A stretch of 38,856 bases of DNA, from the NCBI GenBank assembly GCA_964542505.1, contig CAZIVY010000249.1, forward strand, positions 1 to 38,856, read 5' to 3'. This stretch comes from an uncultured Rhodospirillaceae bacterium (GTDB lineage Bacteria > Pseudomonadota > Alphaproteobacteria > Ferrovibrionales > Ferrovibrionaceae). A program made the position numbers and the translations under genes. The notes beneath the pieces were generated by a model. The model was not told where the DNA came from and did no database searches. It was given only the letters and a program-made list of their open reading frames with translations. Positions 19,822 to 28,645 of this stretch are shown here, piece after piece (positions within the stretch are counted from its first letter, which is position 1; each line of letters begins with the position of its first letter).

Positions 19822-19934
19822 TTCCTACTCCTCGGCACTATGTTTCACAAAATAACATATTACACGCTGCGCCAGCTTCCTTGGCAGGGAAAAAGCGCAG
19901 CATGGCGAGAATTCATGGAGGAGCATAGGTCGCC

Positions 19935-21665
19935 GTGAACTCCATAGCGAGAAGAGAATCGGCGACGAACGAGTCGGTTGCGACGCATTTGGCCCTCGCG
20001 TTCCGCCGGCACGGCGTCGAGATCGTGTTCGGGCAAAGCATTCCCAGCGCCTTCCACATCGCCGCCCCCCAATTCGGTATTCGCCAGGCCGCCTATCGCA
20101 CGGAGAACGCAGGCGGCGCCATGGCCGACGGCTACGCCCGGATCAGCAACCGCGTCGGCGTCGTGACCGCTCAGAACGGGCCGGCCGCAACCCTCCTCGT
20201 CGCGCCTTTGGCGGAGGCGTACAAGGCCTCCGTTCCGGTGGTCGCCCTGGTGCAGGAGGTCCCGCGCGTAAAGGCGGGCCGCAACGCGTTCCAAGAACTG
20301 GATCACGCGCGGCTATTCGCTTCGTGCGCCAAATGGGTTGGCCGCGTCGACCAGGCCTCGCGCGTCGACGACTTCGTGGATCAGGCGTTCACCGCCGCCG
20401 CCAGCGGCCGGCCCGGCCCGGCCGTGCTCCTGGTGCCCGCCGATCTCCTGACGGAGACCATGACCAACGCCGAAGCGCGCACTGCCAATCTCGGAGCCTT
20501 TCCGCTCGATCGCCCGGTGGCGGACCCGGCGCGTGTTCGCGAGGCCGCGCAGTGGCTCGTCGAGGCGAGGTCGCCGCTGGTGATTGCGGGCGGCGGCGTT
20601 CACCTTTCGCAGGCCTGCGGCGAACTCGCCGCGCTTCAGGAGGAGTGCCACCTGCCGGTGGCGACCACGACCATGGGCAAGGGGACGGTGAGCGAGACGC
20701 ACCCGTTGTCGCTGGGCGTGGTCGGTTACTTCATGGGAGAGGGCGGCCGAACGCGCGACATGCGGCCGATGGTCGATCGGGCCGATGTCGTCTTGCTGGT
20801 CGGCAACCGAACGAACGAGAACGGCACCGACAGTTGGTCGCTCTATCCTCGGGGCGCCCGCTATATCCACGTCGACGTCGACGGCAGCGAGATTGGGCGC
20901 AATTACGAGGCCCTCCGGCTACTCGGCGATGCGAAGCTGACGCTCGAGGCGCTGCGATCCGCCATGCTGAAGGCAGGCGTCGAAAGGCGCCGGGCCGCTC
21001 GCTCGGGCGTGGAGGTGGCGATCCAGCGGGCGGTCGAGGACTGGCGCAAGCTCACGCATGAAATTCGCACAAACGACCGCGATCCCATCCGTCCCGAGCG
21101 GATAATGGCGGAACTGGATGGGCGCCTGTCCGCCGGAACCGTCGTCGTCGCCGATGCCAGCTATTCGTCGATCTGGGTCTCGAACTACCTGACCGCCAAG
21201 GAGCCGGGCATGCGGTTCCTCACGCCACGCGGACTGGCCGGACTCGGCTGGGGCCTGCCCATGGCGATCGGCGCGAAACTTGCGGCCCCCGACCGGAAGG
21301 TCGTCTGCGTCGCGGGAGACGGAGCATTCGGCCACTGCTGGGCCGAGCTGGAAACAGCGAAGCGGCTCAAGCTCGACATTCTGATTATCGTCTTGAGCAA
21401 CCAGATTCTTGGATATCAGAAGGACGCCGAGGACAGGTTCCTTGGCGCGCACTCCTCGGCCTGTTACTTTGAGCCGGTCGACCATGCGGCGATCGCTCGC
21501 GCCTGCGGATGCGACGGCTTCCGCATAGAACGCGCGTCCGACCTCGCTGCCCATCTCGAGCGCGCCCTTAGCTCCGGGACGCCGACGGTATTGGATGTCG
21601 TGATCGATCCGACCGCCCGACCGCCGATTACGAGTTTCGACGGCCATTTCCCATCGCCATTCTGA
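19935..21665 (+). CDS. thiamine-diphosphate-dependent enzyme (acetolactate synthase large-subunit-like)
   Basis: 576-aa ORF with three-domain ThDP architecture. ThDP-binding motif GDGAFGHCWAELETAKRL...VLSN. Confidence 0.85.
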   Translation: MNSIARRESATNESVATHLALAFRRHGVEIVFGQSIPSAFHIAAPQFGIRQAAYRTENAGGAMADGYARISNRVGVVTAQNGPAATLLVAPLAEAYKASVPVVALVQEVPRVKAGRNAFQELDHARLFASCAKWVGRVDQASRVDDFVDQAFTAAASGRPGPAVLLVPADLLTETMTNAEARTANLGAFPLDRPVADPARVREAAQWLVEARSPLVIAGGGVHLSQACGELAALQEECHLPVATTTMGKGTVSETHPLSLGVVGYFMGEGGRTRDMRPMVDRADVVLLVGNRTNENGTDSWSLYPRGARYIHVDVDGSEIGRNYEALRLLGDAKLTLEALRSAMLKAGVERRRAARSGVEVAIQRAVEDWRKLTHEIRTNDRDPIRPERIMAELDGRLSAGTVVVADASYSSIWVSNYLTAKEPGMRFLTPRGLAGLGWGLPMAIGAKLAAPDRKVVCVAGDGAFGHCWAELETAKRLKLDILIIVLSNQILGYQKDAEDRFLGAHSSACYFEPVDHAAIARACGCDGFRIERASDLAAHLERALSSGTPTVLDVVIDPTARPPITSFDGHFPSPF

Positions 21666-21854
21666 GGCTCGCCGCTTGCCATCGGCGGGTCGCCGGAAGC
21701 ATGTCAGGCCGCGCGTGGCGGTTCCCCCTGAAGCCACCGAACTACCCGCGTAGAGACAGGCCTATGGGCGCAAATGCTCAATCGTCCCCGGAAATTGATC
21801 CCGGTGCGCCGTACGAACGCATCGCCGCACCGGGAGCCGCTCTCCCGGGTACCG

Positions 21855-22934
21855 TCAGGTCGGCGCCGCCTTGTTCACGTCGTAGTCCGTGTACGCCATG
21901 GCCCGCATGTAGTCGGTGAATCGCTTCACGATCTCGCGCCCGCGAGGGCTTTTCTTCGCGATCTCGGTCCAGACCACGGACGCCGCCGCCGCAAGCGCGG
22001 CGTTGTCTTCGGACGGCAGATGAATGCGCGTGATCCCCGCCTTGTCGTATTTATCGCGCACCTTGAAGTCGCCATAACGGAAGTGATAGGCGAAGCGCGA
22101 GAAGTTCAGGTCTCCGGCGTATTCGACGATGGCCTTCAGGTCGTCCGGCAAGCTGCTCCAGGCCTTTGCGTTGACATAGATGTCGTTGACCGGAAGCGGA
22201 TACGAGGACAGGGCCGGGTAGATGATGAACTTCGCCACCTCGTGCCAGGAGAAGTCGGCGAAGGATTCCTCCGGCCCGTTCGTGGCGGCGTCGATGGTCC
22301 CAGAGGCGAGCGCGCCGTAGACCTCGGGAAGCGGGATGCCCACCGGGGCGGCGCCCAGCTGGATCATCATCGTTTGGCGCGCGCCGATGGTCCGCACCTT
22401 AAGGCCCTTGAAGTCCGAGACCCGCCTTATCGGTCTCTTCGACAACAGGGGAATTACGTAGGCGGGCATCATGGAGACGAGGTGCACGCCGTGCGGCGCG
22501 TAGCTTTCGCGGAAAAAGTCCAGCACGCCGCGGTAATAGTAGAGCTCGAACGCGTCCATGATGTTTTGGAACATGAACGGTGCCGTGCCGATGGCGGCCT
22601 CGGGCATGAAACCAACATGATATCCCGGATCGGACCAACCCATCTCGAAAATGCCGGTCGACGCGCCCTTGAAGATGTCGGCGTTCGGAATCAGGGCGCC
22701 CGAATGATGCTTCGTGATCTTCATCCGCCCTCCCGAGAGCTTTTCGACGTCCCTGGCGAACATGTCGCTCGATTCGCCGATTCGCGAATTCGCCGGATGA
22801 TGGGTCTGCAGCCTCCAGGTGATCGGGCCGCCCGGTCTTGTCTGCGCCGAAGCCGCCGCCGCGGATGCCGCGGCCGCGCCGCCAGCCAATGCCGCCAGGG
22901 CGCGACGACGAGTCGGATATGCCATGTTACGCAT
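21855..22934 (-). CDS. dctP: TRAP transporter substrate-binding protein (DctP family), Tat-signal
   Basis: The in-frame ATG at 22934 is preceded by GGAGGAG 9 nt upstream and gives MRNMAYPTRRRALAALAGGAAAASAAAASAQT (twin-arginine signal). The body is DctP-like. The track ORF start at 23078 adds an implausible extension. Confidence 0.85.
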   Translation of the reverse strand: MRNMAYPTRRRALAALAGGAAAASAAAASAQTRPGGPITWRLQTHHPANSRIGESSDMFARDVEKLSGGRMKITKHHSGALIPNADIFKGASTGIFEMGWSDPGYHVGFMPEAAIGTAPFMFQNIMDAFELYYYRGVLDFFRESYAPHGVHLVSMMPAYVIPLLSKRPIRRVSDFKGLKVRTIGARQTMMIQLGAAPVGIPLPEVYGALASGTIDAATNGPEESFADFSWHEVAKFIIYPALSSYPLPVNDIYVNAKAWSSLPDDLKAIVEYAGDLNFSRFAYHFRYGDFKVRDKYDKAGITRIHLPSEDNAALAAAASVVWTEIAKKSPRGREIVKRFTDYMRAMAYTDYDVNKAAPT

Positions 22935-23304
22935 AGGCTTGGTCTCCTCCACGATGGTTATTGTTGATGCTTGGGCGCGCACCACTCGCGATGCGCCGCG
23001 CATTACGCCTGAACGCATTTCGCCGGCATTCGATGGAATCCATCGCCTTCCCCTTCTGCGACTGCGCATGCGATGCAAACAGGAATCGGTCAGCAGAGGG
23101 AGCAGCGCACCTGCTTGTCGCGTCTTTCACAGCCCAGGCAGCCCCTCCCGCAACCGAATAGCGTCACCGAAGACCAGGAGCGGAGCACGATTGGTCCGCT
23201 CTACCGCGGTTATCACGCGGTTACGCTCATCATTATAAGTAACACGATATTACAAGAATCAGACGTTCGTCAACGAAGCTGGGCCACCCGTGTTGGTGAC
23301 GCAT

Positions 23305-24010
23305 TAGTTGTCCGCCTTTTGTAGCGCGTGAATTGTCCGCCAAGTTCGCCCTTTGTTCAGGGAGGGGGCGAGAACTACCGCGCCCTCGGCCGCCATGGCC
23401 CTAGCGGAGATTCTTGAAGGCCCGATGATGGATTGGCTTGATCAGCGACAGGAGGAAATGGCGCGCCAGGAATTGACCCACCACAGACTTATACCAACGG
23501 CCCTAGGCGATGACCGCATTAGCCCAATCGCGGGTGGCGATCGAGGCGATGCGTTCGGGCGTGGCCATGAGGTCGTTCCAGGCGGTACAGCACGTATCGA
23601 CGATAGCGGTGTAGTCGTCCCAGACGCGAAGGCTGAGTTTGTTTTGGCGCAGATACTCCCAGACATTCTCGGTGGGGTTCAGTTCCGGGCTGTAGGGCGG
23701 CAGCGGCAGAAGCGTGATGTTGTCGGGGACCGCGAGGCTGGGCGGTCCGTGCCAGCCTGCCTGGTCGAGCACGACCACGGCGTGAGCGCCGGTCGCGACG
23801 CAGTGGCCGATCTCCTCGAGGTCGCGGTTCATGGCGTCGAGGTTGACGAAGGGTAACACCAGCGCTGCCCCGGTTGCCCGTTGCGGGCAGACGGCGCCGA
23901 ACAAGTAGGCCCAGGCGTAGCGGCGGTCGCGCGGGGCGCGCGGGGCGCGCGGCCGCGTGCCGCGACGCGCCCATTCGTCCCGGTCTATCCGGCCTTGGCC
24001 GGCGTCAAAT
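23305..24010 (-). mobile_element. IS630-family element remnant: DDE C-terminal half of the transposase plus a putative terminal region
   Basis: The C-terminal part of track ORF 23503-24201 reads ...RRGTRPRAPRAPRDRRYAWAYLFGAVCPQRATGAALVLPFVNLDAMN...VVLDQAGWH...LLPLPPYSPELNPTENVWEYLRQNKLS, which is the IS630 DDE domain. The HTH N-terminus is missing. A direct TTGTCCGCC repeat near 23305-23340 may mark the IS end. Confidence 0.7.
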
Positions 24011-24125
24011 GGTGGGTACGCCAATGCGGCGCTTGGTTGGGCGCGAAACAGCGCTACCGTGCTTACCCGGTGATTGCCATGGCACTTTCTGCATGGACGA
24101 AAAATCCAAAAGCCTTTGATATAAT

Positions 24126-24175
24126 TGGCGCACCCGACAAGATTCGAACTTGCGACCTCTGCCTTCGGAGGGCAA
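24126..24175 (-). tRNA. tRNA-Arg(CCG) 3' fragment (anticodon arm to CCA; 5' acceptor and D-arm absent). Probable att site of the island.
   Basis: The minus strand reads TTGCC-CTCCGAA-GGCAG AGGTC GCAAG-TTCGAAT-CTTGT CGGGTGC G CCA. This gives an anticodon stem-loop with CCG, a T-arm and a 3' acceptor. The expected 5' strand GCACCCG and a D-arm are not present upstream (24176-24205 is unrelated sequence). Confidence 0.65.
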
Positions 24176-24322
24176 TAGAGGCGGTTTCCTTTGCCCGCCA
24201 CGATTCGCCGGATACCGCATAAATGCCTTATTTAGGCGACTCTTGCCGCCACGCCCCGACAGGCGTATCTTGCTCGCGTGGTTGCTAGGCGGTTGCTAGC
24301 AACCAAAGCGAAAGGAAACTGC

Positions 24323-25588
24323 ATGAGCGGAACGCGGCGGATCACCAAACGGCTTGTCGATGCCTTGCGGCCCGGCGAAATAGCGTGGGACAGCGACGTA
24401 AGAGGGTTCGGCGTTCGCCGGCAACGCAAGGCGAAGATTTACGTCCTCAAGACACGCATCGGCGGGCGGGCGCGGTGGTTCGCCATCGGCGAGCATGGTG
24501 CGCCCTGGACGCCGGAAATGGCTAGGCGCGAGACGCGGCGCATCCTTGGCGAAGTCGCCGCCGGGCGCGATCCGGCGAAAATCCGCGACGATAAACGCAC
24601 CGCCGGGACGGTGGCCGAGCTGTGCGACGCCTACATGGCCGCCGCCCCTTCGCGGGTGCTCAAGAAATCGGGGCGCCCCAAGAAGCCTTCCACCCTGGCA
24701 ACCGACAAGGGGCGCGTCGAGCGGCATATCAAGCCGCTGTTGGGGCGGTTGCAAGTTGGGGCCGTGACAACCGAGGACGTGCGGCGCTTCCTGGCCGACG
24801 TGGCGGCGGGCAAGACGGCGGCCGACGTGCGGACGGGACCACGGGGCCGCGCCATCGTCGAAGGTGGCGAGGGCACGGCAAGCCGCACCGTTGGGCTTCT
24901 CGGCGGCATCTTTTCCTTTTCGGTCGAAAAGGGCTTGCGCGCCGACAATCCGGTGCGCGGCGTGGCGCGGTTCAAGGACCGCGAAGCCGAGCGTTATCTG
25001 TCGGCTGGCGAACTGGCGCGCCTAGGGCAAGCCCTGGCGGCGGCCGAACGAGCTGGCGAGAATCCGATGGCGGTTGCCGGCGTTCGGCTGCTGATTTTCA
25101 CCGGCGCGCGCAAGTCGGAAATCATGACGGCGCGATGGGATTACGTTGACGGTGAGCATGGCTATCTGCGCTTGCCGGATTCGAAGTCAGGGAAGAAGCT
25201 CTTACCCTTGGGCGCGCCGGCCCTTGACGTGCTGGCGAAGCTCCCGCGCATCGAGGGCAATCCCTACATACTGCCGGGCGAGAAACCGGGGGCGCCCTAT
25301 ACCGGGTTGCCGAAGGCATGGGAGCGCATCCGAGCGCGCGCCAAGCTCGGGGATGCGCGGCTGCACGATTTGAGACATTCGTTCGCCTCGGTCGGCGCGG
25401 CTGCCGGCGACAGCCTGATTATCATCGGCGCGCTACTCGGCCACCGCGACGCCAAGACCACGGCGCGCTACGCGCACTTGAGCAACGATCCAATCAAGGC
25501 CGCGGCAAACCGCATCGCCGGCACCATTGCGGCCACGATGGCTGGCGGCGGCGGCGAGGTTGTGCCGCTGGCGCAACGGCACGGCTGA
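24323..25588 (+). CDS. int: P4-type tyrosine integrase (DUF4102 N-terminal domain plus phage-integrase catalytic domain)
   Basis: Starts at ATG 24323 (AAGGAA upstream): MSGTRRITKRLVDALRPGEIAWDSDVRGFGVRRQ.... The C-terminus has RLHDLRHSFAS...LLGHRDAKTTARYAHL (catalytic R, H-x-x-R, Y). Confidence 0.9.
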   Translation: MSGTRRITKRLVDALRPGEIAWDSDVRGFGVRRQRKAKIYVLKTRIGGRARWFAIGEHGAPWTPEMARRETRRILGEVAAGRDPAKIRDDKRTAGTVAELCDAYMAAAPSRVLKKSGRPKKPSTLATDKGRVERHIKPLLGRLQVGAVTTEDVRRFLADVAAGKTAADVRTGPRGRAIVEGGEGTASRTVGLLGGIFSFSVEKGLRADNPVRGVARFKDREAERYLSAGELARLGQALAAAERAGENPMAVAGVRLLIFTGARKSEIMTARWDYVDGEHGYLRLPDSKSGKKLLPLGAPALDVLAKLPRIEGNPYILPGEKPGAPYTGLPKAWERIRARAKLGDARLHDLRHSFASVGAAAGDSLIIIGALLGHRDAKTTARYAHLSNDPIKAAANRIAGTIAATMAGGGGEVVPLAQRHG

Positions 25589-25618
25589 TTCAGCGCCAGC
25601 GGATGAGTGAGGGAAAAT

Positions 25619-26308
25619 ATGAAACGGATTGCGATTGGATTGTTGCTTGAACTCGCCTCGTGCGCCGCCCTGCCGCCTGATCGGCCGGCCGATCCCACCG
25701 TCATTCGGATTGCGCGGGACACTTGGCAATGGCTGGGCGGTTCCGATGCGACAATGCCCAGGATCATGATGAGCAGTGTTGCGGCGATTAGGCTGCGCAG
25801 CCGCAGCGGGGACGCTCCGGCAATGTACGATTGCGCCAGCACGACCATCTTTTTGCCGACTATGGAATCCCTGGAGCAGGCGCTGACCGAGCGCGGCGCT
25901 GGCGGCTCTGGTTCGTTGCTATTCTCCATCATGGTCGCGCACGAGCTGGCGCATCACCAGCAATGCCTGGATCGGAAGTTGCAGGTAAGCCGGGGCGCTC
26001 ACGATGACTGCATACTCGAAAAGGAAGCGACCACGGTCGAATTGCGTTTTCTCGATGAGTACTGGACCGTAATGCAACGAATAACGGTGGCGTTGAAGCG
26101 GATGCCGGACGATGGGGCGCGACTGGCGGCGATTCGAGAGGCCAGGCGACAGAGCGGGCTGGGCGACCTGTCCGACAGCGGAGCCGCCGAAGCGTTGCGA
26201 GCGCTGCAGGGGGTGCCGGAGGAAGAGTTGTTAAAGCCGGCGAGCGAGTCTTTCCCCGGTATCTACCGCGCCTCGGTCGAAGCGAGGTATCGCGCGCGGG
26301 GGTGTTAG
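25619..26308 (+). CDS. putative lipoprotein with an HExxH zinc-metalloprotease-like motif
   Basis: MKRIAIGLLLELASCAA is a lipobox-like L-A-S-C. An internal MVAHELAHHQQC supplies HExxH. No wider family was recognised by eye. Confidence 0.5.
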   Translation: MKRIAIGLLLELASCAALPPDRPADPTVIRIARDTWQWLGGSDATMPRIMMSSVAAIRLRSRSGDAPAMYDCASTTIFLPTMESLEQALTERGAGGSGSLLFSIMVAHELAHHQQCLDRKLQVSRGAHDDCILEKEATTVELRFLDEYWTVMQRITVALKRMPDDGARLAAIREARRQSGLGDLSDSGAAEALRALQGVPEEELLKPASESFPGIYRASVEARYRARGC

Positions 26309-26470
26309 CCGCCTGCCGCTCGCGGGCCGAAGGCGGCGAGGTTGTCTTGATGCCGAGGCGGGGGACGTAATCGAACCGGCGCGGCTAGGCCGACGGGCCG
26401 AACGCCGGGCACCGCACCCGGTTGCCGCGCCGACACTTCCTTGCGGATTCGCTCGCGTTGCGGAGGCGCC

Positions 26471-27004
26471 ATGCCTAAACCGGCTTACAAGGGCAAACTC
26501 GCGCAACCTTGGCGGCGACAAGAAGCGGATCGAGATCGGCTCCTTGCCGACATCCGTGAGAGAATCCGCTTGCTGTTCGTTCACTACGGGATATCGCCGC
26601 CCGATCCGGGAAAAGACCCACACTACTCCACCAACAATCCTTGGGTGCTTCTGGCGGTAAGCCTGGCGAGGGAGCATGTCCCAGGGCTGCACGTGTTAAG
26701 GGCAGGCCGCCCGGAGAGCACGGCAACAACCGCCGCCGCCAAGGCGCGACAAATCCTCGTCGCGCTCGTCGAATCGAGGCGCGGGAAGCACGGCGGCTCG
26801 ATTACCGATACGTGTCAATATTTTGCCGGGCGAGGGATTGGGAAACTACCCGAATACTATCGGACGAGGGAAAAGTTGAGCACCGACACACTTCGTGCCC
26901 ACGTCGCCCGCGAACGCCGGGAGTTTGCGGAGTGGAAAGCTCGCGTCGAGAGACTCATGCTGGAAGTTTCGGCTAATCGGGGATCGGGGAAGCGAGATAG
27001 ATAA
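26471..27004 (+). CDS. hypothetical protein (island cargo)
   Basis: ORF in the 26441-27004 frame. The ATG at 26471 has GGAGG 4 nt upstream. The codon usage looks coding, and no motif was recognised. Confidence 0.4.
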   Translation: MPKPAYKGKLAQPWRRQEADRDRLLADIRERIRLLFVHYGISPPDPGKDPHYSTNNPWVLLAVSLAREHVPGLHVLRAGRPESTATTAAAKARQILVALVESRRGKHGGSITDTCQYFAGRGIGKLPEYYRTREKLSTDTLRAHVARERREFAEWKARVERLMLEVSANRGSGKRDR

Positions 27005-27100
27005 TTCGGCTTCCGATTCTCTGGCAGATATTAAATCCAACTCCTTTTTTCTATCCGATGGGCGCCCGATATTCGCCCCATCCGCCGCGCGTGCGCGGCC

Positions 27101-27355
27101 TTGCGATGGAGACGACGAGTGCAAACCGATCACCCGCCCACCCGGCAGTCTGCCGGCGAAGTTTTCCTGAACCAGTGCGTCACCGCCGTTTTGCTTGGGC
27201 TTAGCGAGCGAACGCTCGAAAGGTTTCGCTTGGAGGGCAGCGGCCCGGCCTTTCGGAAGTTTGGTAGGCGGGTGCTGTACGCGCGCGCCGACGTGCTCGC
27301 CTGGGCCGACGCGCAGCGGCGCACCAGCACAAGCGATCCCGGCGAGGCCGCCTGA
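27101..27355 (+). CDS. AlpA/MerR-like HTH_17 DNA-binding protein (excisionase/regulator type)
   Basis: The segment VLLGLSERTLERFRLEGSGPAFRKFGRRVLYARADVLAWADAQ matches the AlpA-like pattern. It lies directly upstream of, and overlaps, the ATPase gene. The start is uncertain (TTG 27101 or GTG 27119). Confidence 0.65.
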   Translation: MRWRRRVQTDHPPTRQSAGEVFLNQCVTAVLLGLSERTLERFRLEGSGPAFRKFGRRVLYARADVLAWADAQRRTSTSDPGEAA

Positions 27356-28644
27356 TGGCCGCCGAATCCGACGCGGCCGCAGGGTTGGCCGCCTTCGATA
27401 AATTTTGCGCGGAAGAAAATCGCCTGCGTCCCTTCACTCCGCTAACGCCAGCGCACCGGCCGCGCCAAGCCGAGGACCAGGAGATGGAAGCCGAGGCCGG
27501 CGGCGTCGAAATCATCCGCGCCGACTCCATCAAGGTGGTGGGTATCAGGTGGTTGTGGTCCGGCTGGCTCGCTGCCGGCAAGTTGCACCTGCTGGCCGGC
27601 CAGGCCGGCACCGGAAAGACGACTATCGCGGTGGCGTGGGCGGCGACGATATCACGCGGCGGCTCTTTCCCCGACGGCACCCGCTGCGAGGCGGGATCGA
27701 CGTTGATGTGGTCAGGCGAAGATGACGTGGCGGACTCGCTGGTGCCGCGCTTCATGGCCAACGGTGGGGACGCCAGTAAATTTCATCTCGTCGTTGGCGC
27801 ACGCGACGAAGAAGGCCGGCGGCGTCCGTTCGATCCGGCGACGGACGTTCCCGCCCTGACGGCGGGCGCAAGGGGCGTGCCCGATCTGCGGCTGGTGATC
27901 GTCGATCCGGTAGTGCTGGCGGTTGCCGGCGACAGCCACAAGAATGCGGAAGTCCGGCGTGGCCTTCAACCCCTTGTCGATCTGGCGGCGGCGCTTGGCG
28001 TGGCGGTGCTGGGCATCACCCACTACAGCAAGAACACTTCCGGGCGCGATCCGCTAGAGCGCGTCACCGGCTCCCTGGCGTTCGGCGCCCTGGCGCGCGT
28101 CGTCCTGGGCACGGCAAAGCCCGCCAAGGATGGCCCGCCGCGCCGCCTGGTCCGCGTGAAGTCGAATGTCGGCCCCGATGGCGGCGGCTTCGAATATGAG
28201 CTTGTGCAACACGCTCTACGAGGCGCCGGCGGCCTATTCGGCCAGGCTGTTGTCTGGGGCGACGCCCTGGAAGGTTCCGCCCGCGACTTGTTCGCCGAGA
28301 TCGAGGCGCGCGAAGGCGACGAAGCGCCGGCCAGATCCGGCGCCGAAAGCTGGCTGCGCGACAGGTTGGCCAGCGGGCCGATGGACTCGGTGAAAGTCAA
28401 GATGGACGCCGAGGGCGCCGGCCTGTCGTGGGCCACCGTCCGACGGGCGCAAAAGGCGCTGGGGGTTGTCACCACCAAGGACGGGATGGAGGGGGGCTGG
28501 CGGTGGCGCTTGCCGCCGAAGGTGCTCACCGCCGCCGAAGATGCTCACCACGAAGGGGTGAGCGCCTTCGGGAAATCCGCCATTTCTAGCCCGGCCTTGA
28601 GCACCTTCGAGAAAGACGATTCCGGCGACGTGGAGGAGTTCTGA
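27355..28644 (+). CDS. RepA-like AAA_25 / RecA-fold ATPase (island replication/helicase-loader type)
   Basis: 429-aa ORF with Walker A LLAGQAGTGKTT, Walker B LRLVIVDPV, and THYSKNTSGRDPLERVTGSLAF, all typical of AAA_25 proteins found beside AlpA in integrative islands. Confidence 0.78.
   Translation: MAAESDAAAGLAAFDKFCAEENRLRPFTPLTPAHRPRQAEDQEMEAEAGGVEIIRADSIKVVGIRWLWSGWLAAGKLHLLAGQAGTGKTTIAVAWAATISRGGSFPDGTRCEAGSTLMWSGEDDVADSLVPRFMANGGDASKFHLVVGARDEEGRRRPFDPATDVPALTAGARGVPDLRLVIVDPVVLAVAGDSHKNAEVRRGLQPLVDLAAALGVAVLGITHYSKNTSGRDPLERVTGSLAFGALARVVLGTAKPAKDGPPRRLVRVKSNVGPDGGGFEYELVQHALRGAGGLFGQAVVWGDALEGSARDLFAEIEAREGDEAPARSGAESWLRDRLASGPMDSVKVKMDAEGAGLSWATVRRAQKALGVVTTKDGMEGGWRWRLPPKVLTAAEDAHHEGVSAFGKSAISSPALSTFEKDDSGDVEEF
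28516..28571. repeat. iteron-like cluster 1: three copies of CCGAAG-NN-GCTCACC (two direct, one inverted)
   Basis: 28516-28530 ccgaaggtgctcacc; 28535-28549 ccgaagatgctcacc; 28557-28571 ggtgagcgccttcgg (reverse complement ccgaaggcgctcacc). Confidence 0.6.
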
Positions 28645-28645
28645 C

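Noticed and set aside
23353-23856. 167-aa plus-strand ORF.
   Set aside because: It is antisense to the clear IS630 DDE-domain frame and has no motifs of its own.
23503-24201. Treating the whole 232-aa minus ORF as an intact transposase.
   Set aside because: Its N-terminal third reads through the tRNA fragment and has no HTH similarity. Only the C-terminal two-thirds or so is IS630-like, so it is a truncated remnant. It also contains a 9-bp tandem duplication giving RAPRAPR.
24126-24205. A complete tRNA-Arg gene next to the integrase.
   Set aside because: Only the anticodon arm, variable region, T-arm and 3' acceptor-CCA are present. The complementary 5' acceptor (GCACCCG) and a D-arm cannot be found upstream.
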